Positions 24,467 to 34,239 of a stretch of 64,000 bases of DNA are shown here, in pieces. The notes beneath the pieces are model-generated. The model saw only the letters and a program-made list of their open reading frames with translations, was not told the DNA's origin and ran no database searches. Where the stretch lies: positions 1,248,001 through 1,312,000 of the forward strand of contig OZ253375.1 of assembly GCA_965261005.1 (NCBI GenBank), given 5' to 3'. The stretch comes from Deinococcus sp. Lineage in GTDB: Bacteria; Deinococcota; Deinococci; Deinococcales; Deinococcaceae. Both the position numbers and the translations under genes were made by a program. How positions within the stretch are numbered: the stretch's first letter is position 1; every line of letters begins with the position of its first letter.

Positions 24467-25165
24467 TTATGTTAATGGGTCGCGCCCGTCCCAGCTGCCC
24501 CAACTCGCTATGGGCGCGAAGCGCGCGAACAGCTCCTCGCCATACCAACCGAGTTCGCGCGTCTGGTCTATGGCGGCGCGGTGGCCGCTCCCCTTGTAAG
24601 CGTAAGCGCGCACGGCGGCGGCACTGCGCCACAAGCTGAAGGTTGCCTGCATGAGTAAGGGCGCCTCCCCGACGCCGATGGAGGCCAACAAGTCGGGGTT
24701 GTCTCCCAACCCACGTTGCGGGGCGGGCACGGCCGCCCAAAAGGTTCGCAGGTAACGCGGCTTGATGGTCGCGCGGGTCAACACGGCCAGCGGGCCGGTG
24801 TAAGCGGGCGCCGCGTCGAAGCTGGCCTGTCCGAACGGCTCCTCCCCGCCCCAGCGGCCGTGCCAGCGCAGCGGGCGCAAAACGGCGGTGTAGCTTTCGC
24901 TGGCCCGGGACAGTTCATGGCGGCGCCAAGAACTGTCCTCGAACAGTTCCAGGGCCGCCTCACTTTCCCACACCGCGAAGCGCGCCCAGCGCGTCAAATC
25001 GGCGCCCAGCGTCAGGTCGGCGCCGCGCCCGGTGCCCAGCAACCGCACGAAGCGCAGCCCCGGCACGCCGCGCAGGGCCGCGCGGTCACTTCCCATTTTG
25101 GCGAAGCCGGCCAGCGTGCTTAGGCCCGCGTAGCGGTTGATGGTCAGGCTGGCGACGAGAGACAC
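24467..25165 (-). CDS. Spheroidene monooxygenase CrtA-like heme protein
   Basis: GLRFVRLLGTG, HGRWGG, LTRATI, GEAP..QATFSLW, GHRAAI, WYGEELFARF. GTG at 25165 is preceded by TAGAAT with a 7-nt spacer. Confidence 0.8.
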   Translation of the reverse strand: MSLVASLTINRYAGLSTLAGFAKMGSDRAALRGVPGLRFVRLLGTGRGADLTLGADLTRWARFAVWESEAALELFEDSSWRRHELSRASESYTAVLRPLRWHGRWGGEEPFGQASFDAAPAYTGPLAVLTRATIKPRYLRTFWAAVPAPQRGLGDNPDLLASIGVGEAPLLMQATFSLWRSAAAVRAYAYKGSGHRAAIDQTRELGWYGEELFARFAPIASWGSWDGRDPLT

Positions 25166-25225
25166 GCCCGATATTCTAGAGGGAACCGGCATTCCAGAGG
25201 GGCGCGGCGGGGTTAAATTGTCCTC

Positions 25226-26644
25226 ATGCGCCCAACCGTACTTCTCTCCCTCGCCCTGCTGGCTCAAAGCGCGACGGCCGCCTCCCCTTGGCGCGGCCAG
25301 ATCATCTACCAAGTCATGCCCGACCGCTTCGCGGACGGCGATCCGGGCAACAACGCTCCCGTGGACAAGGCCGACGCGCGCGCTTGGCACGGCGGCGACC
25401 TCCGGGGACTGACGGGCAAGCTCGGCTACATTCGGGACCTCGGCGCGACCGCCGTGTGGCTGACACCGGTGTACCGCCAGATGGACGGCATGGTGAGCGG
25501 TGCGCGCGGCTACCACGGCTACTGGCCGCAGGACTTTGGGAACGTGGACCCTCACTTCGGCACGCTGGACGACTTCCGCGCCTTTGTCAAGAGCGCCCAC
25601 GCGGACGGCCTGAAGGTGATGCTCGACCAGGTCATCAACCACTTCGGCTACACCACCCCCACCGTGGACGAGAAGCCGAGCTGGTTTCACTCCAGCGCCA
25701 CCTGTAAGGCGAAGGGCAACGACGACGTGTACTGCCCCATCTTCGGTTTGCCCGACCTCGCGTAGGAAAACCCGCAGGTGCGCGACTTTCTGTTCGCGGC
25801 GGGCGACTTTTGGCGCGGCATGGGCGTGGACGCCTTCCGCTACGACGCCATCAAGCACGTGCCGCAGGACTTTCTGGGGGCGCTGCTGGCGCGCGACCGT
25901 GGGGCCGGCACCTTCACGCTGGGCGAGTATTACGGCGCGGACGCCTCCACCATCGCCCAGTACCAAAAGCTCGGCTTCGGCTCGCTGTTCGACTTCGCCC
26001 TTCAGGGCGCCATGCAGGCCAGCGTGATAGGTGGCCAGGACTTGGGGGGCGTGCGCGAGGTGCTGTCGCGCCAGGGTGAGGTGCCCGACTCCGACGACGT
26101 GGCGCTGTTTCTCGACAACCACGACTTGCCGCGCTTCGCCAGCGGCAGCCTGTTCGAGGACGAGGGCAAAGGGCGCACCAAGTACGGTCTGCGCGCCCTG
26201 ATGACCCTGCGCGGCATTCCGGTGATCTGGCAAGGCACCGAGATCGCCATGCGCGGCGGCGCCGACCCCGACAACCGGCGCGACATGCGCTTCCCCGACC
26301 AGTGGACCCCCGGCGAACGGTCGGTCTTCGTGGTCGCGAAGGGGGCCATCGCCGTTCGGAGGGCCAGCCCCGCCCTGTCAGGCGGCGACCTGACGCTGCT
26401 GCCCGTGCCAAGCAAGCTTGAGGGCGACCCGCTGCTGTTCACCCGGCAATCGGGCGACGAGAAAGTGTTGGTGGCCTGGCACAACGGGAGAGAGCGTCAA
26501 AGCTACAGCCTGAAGAACACGGACCTGGGCAGCTTGCCCGTTCAGATGGACCTGTTCGGCCAGGACGCCAAGCTGAGCGCGGGGAATGGCTACCTGAACC
26601 TGTCTCTACCCCCCCAAACGGCGGCCGTGTTCAAACTGAACTAA
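25226..26644 (+). pseudogene. Secreted GH13 alpha-amylase interrupted by an in-frame TAG at 25763-25765
   Basis: ORFs 25226-25765 and 25778-26644 are in the same frame and read LPDLA*ENPQVRDFL across the stop. Motifs: YHGYW, DQVINH, FRYDAIKH, GEY, FLDNHD. Confidence 0.85.
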
Positions 26645-26648
26645 AAAG

Positions 26649-26685
26649 CCCTCCCCCCTTGAGGGGGAGGGTTGGGAGGGGGGTT
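26649..26685. repeat. REP-like GC palindrome between convergent genes
   Basis: CCCTCCCCC-CTTGA-GGGGGAGGG followed by TTGGGAGGGGGG; a related copy lies at 62865-62891. Confidence 0.55.
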
Positions 26686-26688
26686 CCC

Positions 26689-28017
26689 TCAGCGCTTCTT
26701 CAGCTGCGCCAGTTGGTCGGCCAACTGCTTGTTGGCCTCGACGTTCAGGCTGTCCAGGGTGCTCTTGACGTCGGCCCCCTGCACGATGGAGGCCATGCTC
26801 TTGGCCGTCAGGGTGCGCACGGCGTCGTAGCCGGGCACGGCGGGCTCAGAGGTGGTGTAATTCAGCAACCCGAAGCCGGTCTTGTAGGCCGGGTTCTTGG
26901 CGAAGTAGTCGCCGAGCTTGGCGGCCACGCTGCGGCGGACGGGAAAGTAGTTGCTGCCCTGCGCCCACTGGCTTTGCGCCTCGGGACCGGCCCAATACTT
27001 CACGAACAGCCAGGCGGCGAGTTCGCGCTTTTTGTCGCCGGTATCGGGCAAGCTGACGCTGGCGCCGTAGATGTTCTGCACCGGCCGCTCGGTGGTGTGC
27101 GGCAGGGCGGCCACGCTCCAAGCAAATTTGGCGCCGTCGTTCACCGCGCTGCCGTAGTAGGTGAGGCCCGAGGTGCTGCCGACCGCGAACAGCAGCTGCC
27201 CGGCGCCGAAGTCGGTCTGGTCGCCGTAGTTCTCGGTCACGACCTTGGCGCAGCCCTGCTTGAAGAGGCTTTGCAAAAAGGTCATGGCCTTCACCGCGGC
27301 GGGGTCGTTGAGGGTGTACTTGTTCGCCCCCGCGTCGTAAATGTCGCCGCCGTAAGCGTAGGTCCACGAGGCGAAGCGCGAGGCGTCGAGGCTCAGTTCA
27401 TAGCCGACGCTGGTCTTACTCTTGGCCCTCGCGAAAGGCTGCTTGCTGGCCGCGCAGGCCATCTTCTGAAACTGGGTGGGCGTGGTGGGCGGCGCGTTGA
27501 AGCCGAGCTGCTTGAGCCAGTCCGCGTTGTAGTACATCGCCTCTAAGGAGCGCTGCACCGGAAAGCCGAGGCGCTGCCCATTGAAGACCGGGAACACGTC
27601 CGCCTTGTAGATGCCGGAAAAGAAGTCCTTTTGGGCGCTTGGCGAAAGGCCCCACTTCTGGCTGTTCACCAAGGGATTGAGGTCTAAGAGGGCGCCCGCG
27701 AGTTGGTAGCTGGCCGCCTGGTTTTGGTAGGCGACCACCAAGTCGGGCACGGCCGGCGTGCCCAGCAAGGGCAACATCTTTTGATAGATGTCGGCGTAGT
27801 TGCCTTGAAACTGCGGCTTGACGGTGACGCCGTACTTGTTGGTCTTATTGAAGTCGGCGACGATCCGCTGCAACACCTTTTCGGGGGTGCCGGTCAATTG
27901 GTGCCAAAAGGTCACGGTCTGGCCGCTGGGGTCCACGCCCCCGTAGGTGTCGCTTTGGGCCAAAGCGCCGCCGAGGAGGGCCAGGCCGAGCAGGGTGAGC
28001 AAGTTCTTGTTCCGCAT
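26689..28017 (-). CDS. Carbohydrate/glycerol-3-phosphate-type ABC transporter solute-binding protein (UgpB-like)
   Basis: Signal peptide, TVTFWH, MYYNAD, AAWLFVKY, YFPVRRS. Confidence 0.9.
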   Translation of the reverse strand: MRNKNLLTLLGLALLGGALAQSDTYGGVDPSGQTVTFWHQLTGTPEKVLQRIVADFNKTNKYGVTVKPQFQGNYADIYQKMLPLLGTPAVPDLVVAYQNQAASYQLAGALLDLNPLVNSQKWGLSPSAQKDFFSGIYKADVFPVFNGQRLGFPVQRSLEAMYYNADWLKQLGFNAPPTTPTQFQKMACAASKQPFARAKSKTSVGYELSLDASRFASWTYAYGGDIYDAGANKYTLNDPAAVKAMTFLQSLFKQGCAKVVTENYGDQTDFGAGQLLFAVGSTSGLTYYGSAVNDGAKFAWSVAALPHTTERPVQNIYGASVSLPDTGDKKRELAAWLFVKYWAGPEAQSQWAQGSNYFPVRRSVAAKLGDYFAKNPAYKTGFGLLNYTTSEPAVPGYDAVRTLTAKSMASIVQGADVKSTLDSLNVEANKQLADQLAQLKKR

Positions 28018-28089
28018 GAAAAGCTCCTTTGGAGAGGGTTGGGACAGACGGGTTCAGGAGAGCGCTTCTGTGTCAGGCGAAGGTCAAGC

Positions 28090-29001
28090 CTAGCCCTTCA
28101 GACCTGACGTGGCGATGCCCTCGGTGAACTGCTTCTGGGTCAGGAAGTAGATGATCAGCACCGGCACAATGGCGATCACCGAGCCGGCCATCAGCAGCTG
28201 CGTCTGCGGTCCCGCCTCGGTGATGAAGCTGTAGAGGCCGACCGTCAGGGGACGCCACTTGGGCGTGAAGGTGACCAGCAACGGCCACAAAAACGAGTTC
28301 CACGACGCGATAAAGGTCAGCAGCGTGACGGTCAAGACCACCGGCTTGCTCATCGGCAGCACGATGGAGGTCAGAAAGCGCAAATGGCCCGCCCCGTCGA
28401 GCTGGGCGGCGTCGAAGAGTTCGTTCGGAATGCGCGCAAAGAATTGGCGCAGCAGGAAGATCGAAAAGGCGTTCGCCATAAAGGGCACCGTCAGCGCCTG
28501 GAGGGTGTCGAGCCAGACGCCCCCCGGCAGCGGGAAGATGCTGCCCCGGATGATCAGGAAGTTAGGGATAAAGGTGACCGTCTCGGGAATCATCAGCGTG
28601 GCGAGCAGCACCAGAAAGATCACGTTGCGCCCGACAAATGGGATGCGCGCGAAGGCGTAGGCGGCCAGCAGCGAGGTGAACAGCAGCCCCACGATGGTCA
28701 GCGCGCTGATGATGACGCTGTTGACAAAATACTTGTCGAAGTCCCCCTGCACCCAGGCCTGCGCGTAGTTGCTCAGCTGCGGCGAGGCGGGCACGAGGCG
28801 GCGATTGATGGTCTCGCCCAGGGTCATCAGGGAGGTGGAGACCATGTAAAAAAAGGGCGTCACCGCCAGCAGCGCGCCGATGACCAGCACGACGTACATG
28901 GGCACATGGGCTGCCTGAAAGCGGTACGGCTCGACGCCGACGCGCGCCTGCGCCCGACGTTCGCGCCGGGAAGCTGGCGCCTGCATGGTGGGTTCAGCCA
29001 T
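28090..29001 (-). CDS. Carbohydrate ABC transporter permease (UgpE/MalG-like)
   Basis: EAA loop (ELFDAAQLDGA), WNSFLWPL, FTEGIATSGLKG. Confidence 0.93.
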   Translation of the reverse strand: MAEPTMQAPASRRERRAQARVGVEPYRFQAAHVPMYVVLVIGALLAVTPFFYMVSTSLMTLGETINRRLVPASPQLSNYAQAWVQGDFDKYFVNSVIISALTIVGLLFTSLLAAYAFARIPFVGRNVIFLVLLATLMIPETVTFIPNFLIIRGSIFPLPGGVWLDTLQALTVPFMANAFSIFLLRQFFARIPNELFDAAQLDGAGHLRFLTSIVLPMSKPVVLTVTLLTFIASWNSFLWPLLVTFTPKWRPLTVGLYSFITEAGPQTQLLMAGSVIAIVPVLIIYFLTQKQFTEGIATSGLKG

Positions 29002-30145
29002 AAAACACCTTCCGACCGAAAAAGCGAAACTGCATCAGCGTGATCGCCAAAATCACGAAGAACAGCAAAAAGGACTGCGCGGCGGCCAAGCCGTAGTTGT
29101 TGTTTTGGTAAAAGGTGTCGAAGATGGTCAGGCTGACGGTATCCACCGTCCCCTGCGCCGAAGGGACCCGCATCACGTAGAGGTGGTTAAAGGCTTGCAA
29201 GGTGCCGATGAAGCCGACCAGCGTCAGATAGAAGATCACCGGCGACAGCAGCGGAATGGTGACGTTGGTGAACTTCTGAACGCCGCTGGCGCCGTCAATC
29301 TCGGCCGCCTCGTAGAGGTCGCGCGGGATGTCGCCCAGACCCGCCAGGAAGATGACGACGTTGTAGCCGACGTAGGTCCAGACACCGAACAGGATGATGG
29401 TGACGAGGGCCAGGCTCGGGCCGCCCACGTTCCAGCCGAACAAAGCTTGCAACCACGGGCGCGGCTCGAACAGCCACTGCTGCGGCGCCAGGTGCAGCCA
29501 GCCGAGCACGGTGTTGGCAAGGCCGGTTTCACGGGGGGAGAACAGCGAGCGGAAGACCACCGCCGTGGCGACCACCGGCGTGATGTACGGCAAAAAGTAC
29601 AGCATGCGGAACAGCTCCTGGCCGCGCAGCTTCTGATGCAGAATGGTCGCCAACACCAGCGAGAGCACGATTTGCAGCGGCACGGTGCCCAGGGCGTAGT
29701 ACAGCGTGACGATAAAGGAGCGCAGAAACGCGGCGTCGCCCGCGCGGCTCATGGCGTTCCAGCCGAGGGCAATCGCCACGCCCGCCAGCATCAGCGTGAG
29801 GGCGCCACCCCACTTGAGCCACGAGAGGCGGGAGAAGCGCCGCGCCGCGTCGGTCCACAGCCAGTGGGCCGCCAAAATCAGCAGGATGCCGGCGACAAAG
29901 GCCAGGGCGCCGCCCCAGTTGCCGACCAGCTGGGTGTAGTTCTCCAGGCCGACGAAGCCGAGCTGCCGCACGCGCCAGTTGTACAAGCTCATGTACAGCG
30001 CGTAGCCGATGGGGAAAATGCCGAAGACGCCGATGAGCAGGAGGGCCGGCAGCACGAACAGGTAGCCGGCGCGCTGGTCGCGCCAGTTGACGCGCGGGCG
30101 CCCAGAGCGCGCCGGCGGTGAGGAAGTGGGCAGCACCTTGGTCAT
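28994..30145 (-). CDS. Carbohydrate ABC transporter permease (UgpA/MalF-like)
   Basis: FVGLENY, LYEAAEIDGA, TIPLLSP. Confidence 0.93.
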   Translation of the reverse strand: MTKVLPTSSPPARSGRPRVNWRDQRAGYLFVLPALLLIGVFGIFPIGYALYMSLYNWRVRQLGFVGLENYTQLVGNWGGALAFVAGILLILAAHWLWTDAARRFSRLSWLKWGGALTLMLAGVAIALGWNAMSRAGDAAFLRSFIVTLYYALGTVPLQIVLSLVLATILHQKLRGQELFRMLYFLPYITPVVATAVVFRSLFSPRETGLANTVLGWLHLAPQQWLFEPRPWLQALFGWNVGGPSLALVTIILFGVWTYVGYNVVIFLAGLGDIPRDLYEAAEIDGASGVQKFTNVTIPLLSPVIFYLTLVGFIGTLQAFNHLYVMRVPSAQGTVDTVSLTIFDTFYQNNNYGLAAAQSFLLFFVILAITLMQFRFFGRKVFYG

Positions 30146-30210
30146 GCGCTCAACCGGCCCCTTGCGGTGGGCGCGCCGCCACGACATACGCGAGTTTCAC
30201 TTCCCGATTT

Positions 30211-30252
30211 TGTCAGGTTCACGTCAGCAGCTTGTCAATTGGTCTAACACTT
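30211..30252. promoter_or_regulatory. Candidate operator: three (T/C)GTCA direct repeats at 11-bp period plus an imperfect palindrome AATTGGTCTAACACTT
   Basis: TGTCA at 30211, CGTCA at 30222 and TGTCA at 30233, in the divergent intergenic region. Confidence 0.45.
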
Positions 30253-30285
30253 CGCCCCCAGCGGGCTTGGCGTATGCTGCCAGGC

Positions 30286-30969
30286 ATGAGCGAAGCTGGC
30301 GCCCTGAGGGCCGTGCTGTTCGACCGCGACGACACCCTGAGCCGCACCGACGCGAACGTATACCGGGAGGCGGCGCGCTGGCTGCACGACCGTTATGGAA
30401 TCGAGCCGAGGCGCGGCGCCCAGCAGATGCTGGCCCAGTGGGCGTCGGTGCTGGGGCGGTGGGAACACCTGCGCACGCTGGAGGATGAGGAGGTCTTTTG
30501 GCGAACCTACGCCGCCGAGCTGGCCGGGCGCCTCGACTTGCCCGTGGAGGCGGCCACCGAGCTGCTGCGCGAATGGCCTTACTGGCGCTTTCTGGTGCCG
30601 GTGCCGGGCGCGCGCGAGGTGCTGAGCGAATTGCGCTCACGCGGCCTCAAGATCGGCGTCCTGAGCAATACCCTGCCCAACGTGGGGGCGACCTTGCAGG
30701 CCATCGGCGTGGCGGATTTGGTGGACGTGGCGCTGGCGACCTGCACCCTCGGCGTCCACAAGCCCGAGGAGCGCGCCTTTTTACTCGCGGCGCAGGCGCT
30801 GGAGATGGCCCCCTCCGAGGTGATGTTCGTGGACGACCGCCCCGAGAACGTGTTGGCGGCGCGTGCGGTGGGCATGCGCGCCCTCCTGATCGACCACGAC
30901 GCCAAGCTGCCGGAGGCCATTCACCGCCTGGACGCTGTGCTGGGGGAGCTGGAAGGGCCAGCCGCATGA
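30286..30969 (+). CDS. HAD-superfamily hydrolase (subfamily IA)
   Basis: FDRDDTL motif I, LSNT, HKPE, VDD; leaderless TATGCT box. Confidence 0.9.
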   Translation: MSEAGALRAVLFDRDDTLSRTDANVYREAARWLHDRYGIEPRRGAQQMLAQWASVLGRWEHLRTLEDEEVFWRTYAAELAGRLDLPVEAATELLREWPYWRFLVPVPGAREVLSELRSRGLKIGVLSNTLPNVGATLQAIGVADLVDVALATCTLGVHKPEERAFLLAAQALEMAPSEVMFVDDRPENVLAARAVGMRALLIDHDAKLPEAIHRLDAVLGELEGPAA

Positions 30970-31973
30970 TCGTGGACGCCCACCTCGACCTCGCCTACAA
31001 CGCCATGCTGGGCCGCGACCTCACCCTCAGCCTGGCGGACCTGCGGGCGAGCGACCCTCTAAGCGACCTGGCCGCCGTCAGCTTCGACTCATTGCGCGAG
31101 GGCGGCGTCGGGCTGTGCCTGGGCACCCTCTTCGCCATGCCGCAGGATGAGGCGCATCCGTGGGGCTACGGGGATTGGCGCGGCGCGCGGGAGCAGATGA
31201 AGCGCCAGTTAGAAATCTACCTGCGCTGGCAGGACGGTGGGCACATCGTTCTGCTGACGGACGGGGCGCAGATCGCGGCACACGCGAGGGGCTGGAGCGG
31301 CGACCCCTCTTCCGAAAGCACCGCTCCGCTCGGCGTGGTCCTGCTGATCGAGGGCGCCGAAGGGCTAAAGGACGCGGACGACTTGCCAGAGTGGGTCTCA
31401 CAGGGCGTGCGGGTGCTGGGACCGGCCTGGGCGCGGGGCAACCGCTTCACCGGCGGCAACCACGAGCCAGCCCCCCTGACGGGGCGCGGCGAGGACTTGC
31501 TGACCGCCATGCGCGAGCTGAACGTGACGCTCGACGTTTCTCACCTGCCCGAAGTTGCCTTTGAACGGGCCTCGCAATTACAGCCCAAGCTGATCGCCAC
31601 CCACAGCAACGCCCGCTCCCTGGTGCCGGGCGAGCGGCAGCTGAGCGGCGGAATGCTGGAAACGGTGGCGCAGCTCGGCAGCGTGGTCGGCACGGTCCTC
31701 TACGACAAGTTCCTCAAAAACGGCTGGGAGCGCGGCGATGCCCGGCCACCGCTCGAAATCGTGGGCGAGATGGTGGAGGCGCTGGCCGGGGTGGTCGGCT
31801 GGGACAAAATAGGAATCGGCTCCGACCTCGACGGCGGCTTCGGCGTTCACGAGCTGCCGCGCGGGCTGGAGAGCGCGGCGGACCTGCCGAGCATCGGTGA
31901 GGTGCTGCCGGACGAACACCGGGACGCGGTGCTGGGCGGCAACTGGCTGAGGTGGCTGGGAAAGAACCTTTAG
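30966..31973 (+). CDS. Membrane dipeptidase (peptidase M19)
   Basis: DAHLD, EGAE, DVSH, THSN, GSDLDG. Confidence 0.92.
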   Translation: MIVDAHLDLAYNAMLGRDLTLSLADLRASDPLSDLAAVSFDSLREGGVGLCLGTLFAMPQDEAHPWGYGDWRGAREQMKRQLEIYLRWQDGGHIVLLTDGAQIAAHARGWSGDPSSESTAPLGVVLLIEGAEGLKDADDLPEWVSQGVRVLGPAWARGNRFTGGNHEPAPLTGRGEDLLTAMRELNVTLDVSHLPEVAFERASQLQPKLIATHSNARSLVPGERQLSGGMLETVAQLGSVVGTVLYDKFLKNGWERGDARPPLEIVGEMVEALAGVVGWDKIGIGSDLDGGFGVHELPRGLESAADLPSIGEVLPDEHRDAVLGGNWLRWLGKNL

Positions 31974-32374
31974 GGCCGCAAGGCGAGCCAGCCCACGAGC
32001 AGCAGCGCCAGCGCCAAGCCCCAGAAGCCGAGCAACGCGGTGGGCTGCCCGAACAGGGCGCAGCCCATCAGAAATGGGACTGCCGGGGCCGAGGCGAGCT
32101 GAATGCTCGCGCGCACCGCGCCGCCGAGGGCGGTGGCCTCTTCTCGCCGGCCGCGCGCGGCCAGCCAGAAGACCGCCCCAGCGAACAGGGCGGCCACAAC
32201 TGACAAGGCCAGCAGAACTGCTTCACCCAGCGCCGCGCGCCGCCCGAAGGCGAGGCCCAGCAGCAGCCCCGGCGCCGCCAGCAGCGCAAAGGCGCTCAGG
32301 TACGCTTGCCGCAGGGCGGCCAGCACGCGGCCCCGTGTAGGACGGGTGCCCAGATCACGCAGGCGAGAAAACAT
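31970..32374 (-). CDS. Hypothetical membrane protein
   Basis: About 4 hydrophobic segments; start overlaps the end of ygfZ. Confidence 0.65.
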   Translation of the reverse strand: MFSRLRDLGTRPTRGRVLAALRQAYLSAFALLAAPGLLLGLAFGRRAALGEAVLLALSVVAALFAGAVFWLAARGRREEATALGGAVRASIQLASAPAVPFLMGCALFGQPTALLGFWGLALALLLVGWLALRP

Positions 32375-33209
32375 CTCGCACCCGCGCGCTCTGCCCGCCG
32401 ACCTCGACCTGCTCGCCCTCTTGCACCTCGGCGCGCAGTTTGACCAGCGCGCGCTTACCGACCGCGTGACCGCCCGTACCCACCGGCTTGCCCGCTAGCG
32501 TCACCGGCGCGTAGGAGGGCAAGCCTTCCCCCTCCACGGCGGCGAGGCGAAAGCGGGCCTGGCCGCGCGCCTCCAAGCGGGCCATGATCTCCTGCCCGAC
32601 GTAGCAGCCCTTGCGAAAGGAGACGGCCCCGACCAGGCCCACCTCCTGCGGCAAGCTGCCGTACCAATGGTCGCGCGCCACGTCGGGCACGCCGGCCAGG
32701 ACGCGGGCGCGCTCCAGTTCCTCGGGCGGCGCCTCCTCACCGAGCTGGGCCAGCACGCCGTCCGAGTGCTCCGCCAGCACGTGCACATCCAGTCCCATCT
32801 CCCCCGTGCGGTTCACGCGCGCCGCCAGCACCTGTGTGCCGGCCAGCTCGAACTGCTGGCAGTCGGGGCCGGCGGCGTCCCAGCCGGGCAGGTCCTGCGA
32901 CCAGAGGTGCAGGGCGCTCAGGCGATCCGACAAGTCTGTGATCTCCACCTGGTCGAACACGACGTACTTGCGCAGCCGCGCCGCCAAGGCGGGCACCTCT
33001 TCACGTTCCAGGTGCAGGTACAGGTCCTCCTCGCGCTTGTAGACGCGGGCGAAGTGCTCGATCTGGCCGCGCACGTTCAGGAACAGGGCGGGCCGCATGC
33101 CGGGCACGGGCGCGCCGCGCAGGTCATTCGTCATCTGCCCCTGCGCGAAGTCCACGCGGTCGGGGCCGCTCAGGCGCAGCGCGCCGCTGGAAAGCCGGGT
33201 CCAAGTCAT
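32355..33209 (-). CDS. ygfZ: Folate-binding Fe/S cluster repair protein YgfZ/GcvT family
   Basis: KGCYVGQE signature; leaderless TACCCT box. Confidence 0.92.
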   Translation of the reverse strand: MTWTRLSSGALRLSGPDRVDFAQGQMTNDLRGAPVPGMRPALFLNVRGQIEHFARVYKREEDLYLHLEREEVPALAARLRKYVVFDQVEITDLSDRLSALHLWSQDLPGWDAAGPDCQQFELAGTQVLAARVNRTGEMGLDVHVLAEHSDGVLAQLGEEAPPEELERARVLAGVPDVARDHWYGSLPQEVGLVGAVSFRKGCYVGQEIMARLEARGQARFRLAAVEGEGLPSYAPVTLAGKPVGTGGHAVGKRALVKLRAEVQEGEQVEVGGQSARVRDVFSPA

Positions 33210-33279
33210 GGCGTCAGGGTAGGCCAGCGCCGGTCCGGTCGTGCGGACTTAGGTCACGCTCGTCCAAACGCGAACCGCG

Positions 33280-33678
33280 TCAGCGCGCCGCGAAGCGCCC
33301 CACCATGCTCTCCAACAGCGCCGCGTACCCGTCCAGGTTCTGGGGCTTCTTCAGATAAACAGAAGCGCCCGCCCGCGCGGCGGCGGCGCCGTCCCCGTCG
33401 CGGCCACGGCCGTCCCAAACCCACACGTCCAGGCCCTTGCCGCTTAGGGTGCGGGTCAGCGCGGTCCACTCGGCGTCTGGCACCAACAGGCTGAGCAGCG
33501 CGAGGTCCACCTGTTCGCGCTCCAGAACTTGCAGGGCGGAGCGCGCGGTGCCGGCGTGGCGAACGCGCAGGGCGAGCGCGCGGGCCGTGCAAATCTCTTC
33601 GAGCAGCAGCACGTCAAGTTCGTTGGGTTCGATGCACAGCAGCGTAACGGTGGGAACGGACAAGAGGCGCCGGGGCAC
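33280..33678 (-). CDS. Stand-alone pseudo-receiver (response regulator-like) protein
   Basis: Receiver fold pattern (LLCIE, DLALL, AGASVYLKKP) with Ser at the phospho-Asp position; start uncertain. Confidence 0.7.
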   Translation of the reverse strand: MPRRLLSVPTVTLLCIEPNELDVLLLEEICTARALALRVRHAGTARSALQVLEREQVDLALLSLLVPDAEWTALTRTLSGKGLDVWVWDGRGRDGDGAAAARAGASVYLKKPQNLDGYAALLESMVGRFAAR

Positions 33679-33939
33679 GTCAGACGGTTCCCGGGCCGTT
33701 TGCCGAACCGAAAACCACCCGCCAAAGCGTCTGCACTATTGGGACCCGTCGCGCCCCAGAAAAAAAGCTTCCCACCCCGCCGCCTCACTTTCCAGCCTCA
33801 CCGACACCGTCACGGTATAGGGAAACTGTAAACAAGGGATTGTCACGGGCCTCTTACAAAAAGCTCACCCTCTTTATGCGTCGGGCTTCATACGGATTCC
33901 GCTCAATTCCGTACAGTACAGAAATTTTCGGAATTCTTA

Positions 33940-34239
33940 TTATTTATCGAATTGGTGGTAGCCGGCGGCGCTGCGGCGTTGGGCGCCGCGCGCGTAGTCG
34001 AGCTGCATCTCGATGTCCTCACGCGCGCCCTGGGCGAGCAGCTGCTTGGGCATCCAGTAATTCAGCTCGTCGTCGCCGAGCTGGACCCACAGCTTGTCAC
34101 CGTCTTGGCGGAAGACCACCCGGCCGAAGCCGTTGCGCTCCGCCCAAGCGCGCACGTCCGCCACAAAACGCGCCACGCCCTCCCCGGCGGGCTGGGACAA
34201 GGGACCACCCTGTTCGCTGCGAAACTCGACGTCGGCCAT
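33940..34239 (-). CDS. Hypothetical protein (99 aa)
   Basis: Strong RBS AGGAGG, host-like codon usage, globular-looking sequence. Confidence 0.75.
   Translation of the reverse strand: MADVEFRSEQGGPLSQPAGEGVARFVADVRAWAERNGFGRVVFRQDGDKLWVQLGDDELNYWMPKQLLAQGAREDIEMQLDYARGAQRRSAAGYHQFDK

Noticed and set aside
25763..25765. Genome-wide amber recoding (TAG read as Gln or Pyl), suggested by the amylase stop plus tRNA-Gln and prfA in the window
   Set aside because: RF1 has intact PAT and GGQ motifs, the tRNA anticodon is CTG not CTA, no pyl genes are seen, and many genes here (SPOR, aroB, rnr, thiolase) end properly at TAG
33736..33812. N-terminal extension of the pseudo-receiver through an in-frame TAG or the A7 tract (phase variation)
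   Set aside because: The upstream translation has no protein-like or domain signal, and the receiver fold is already complete without it
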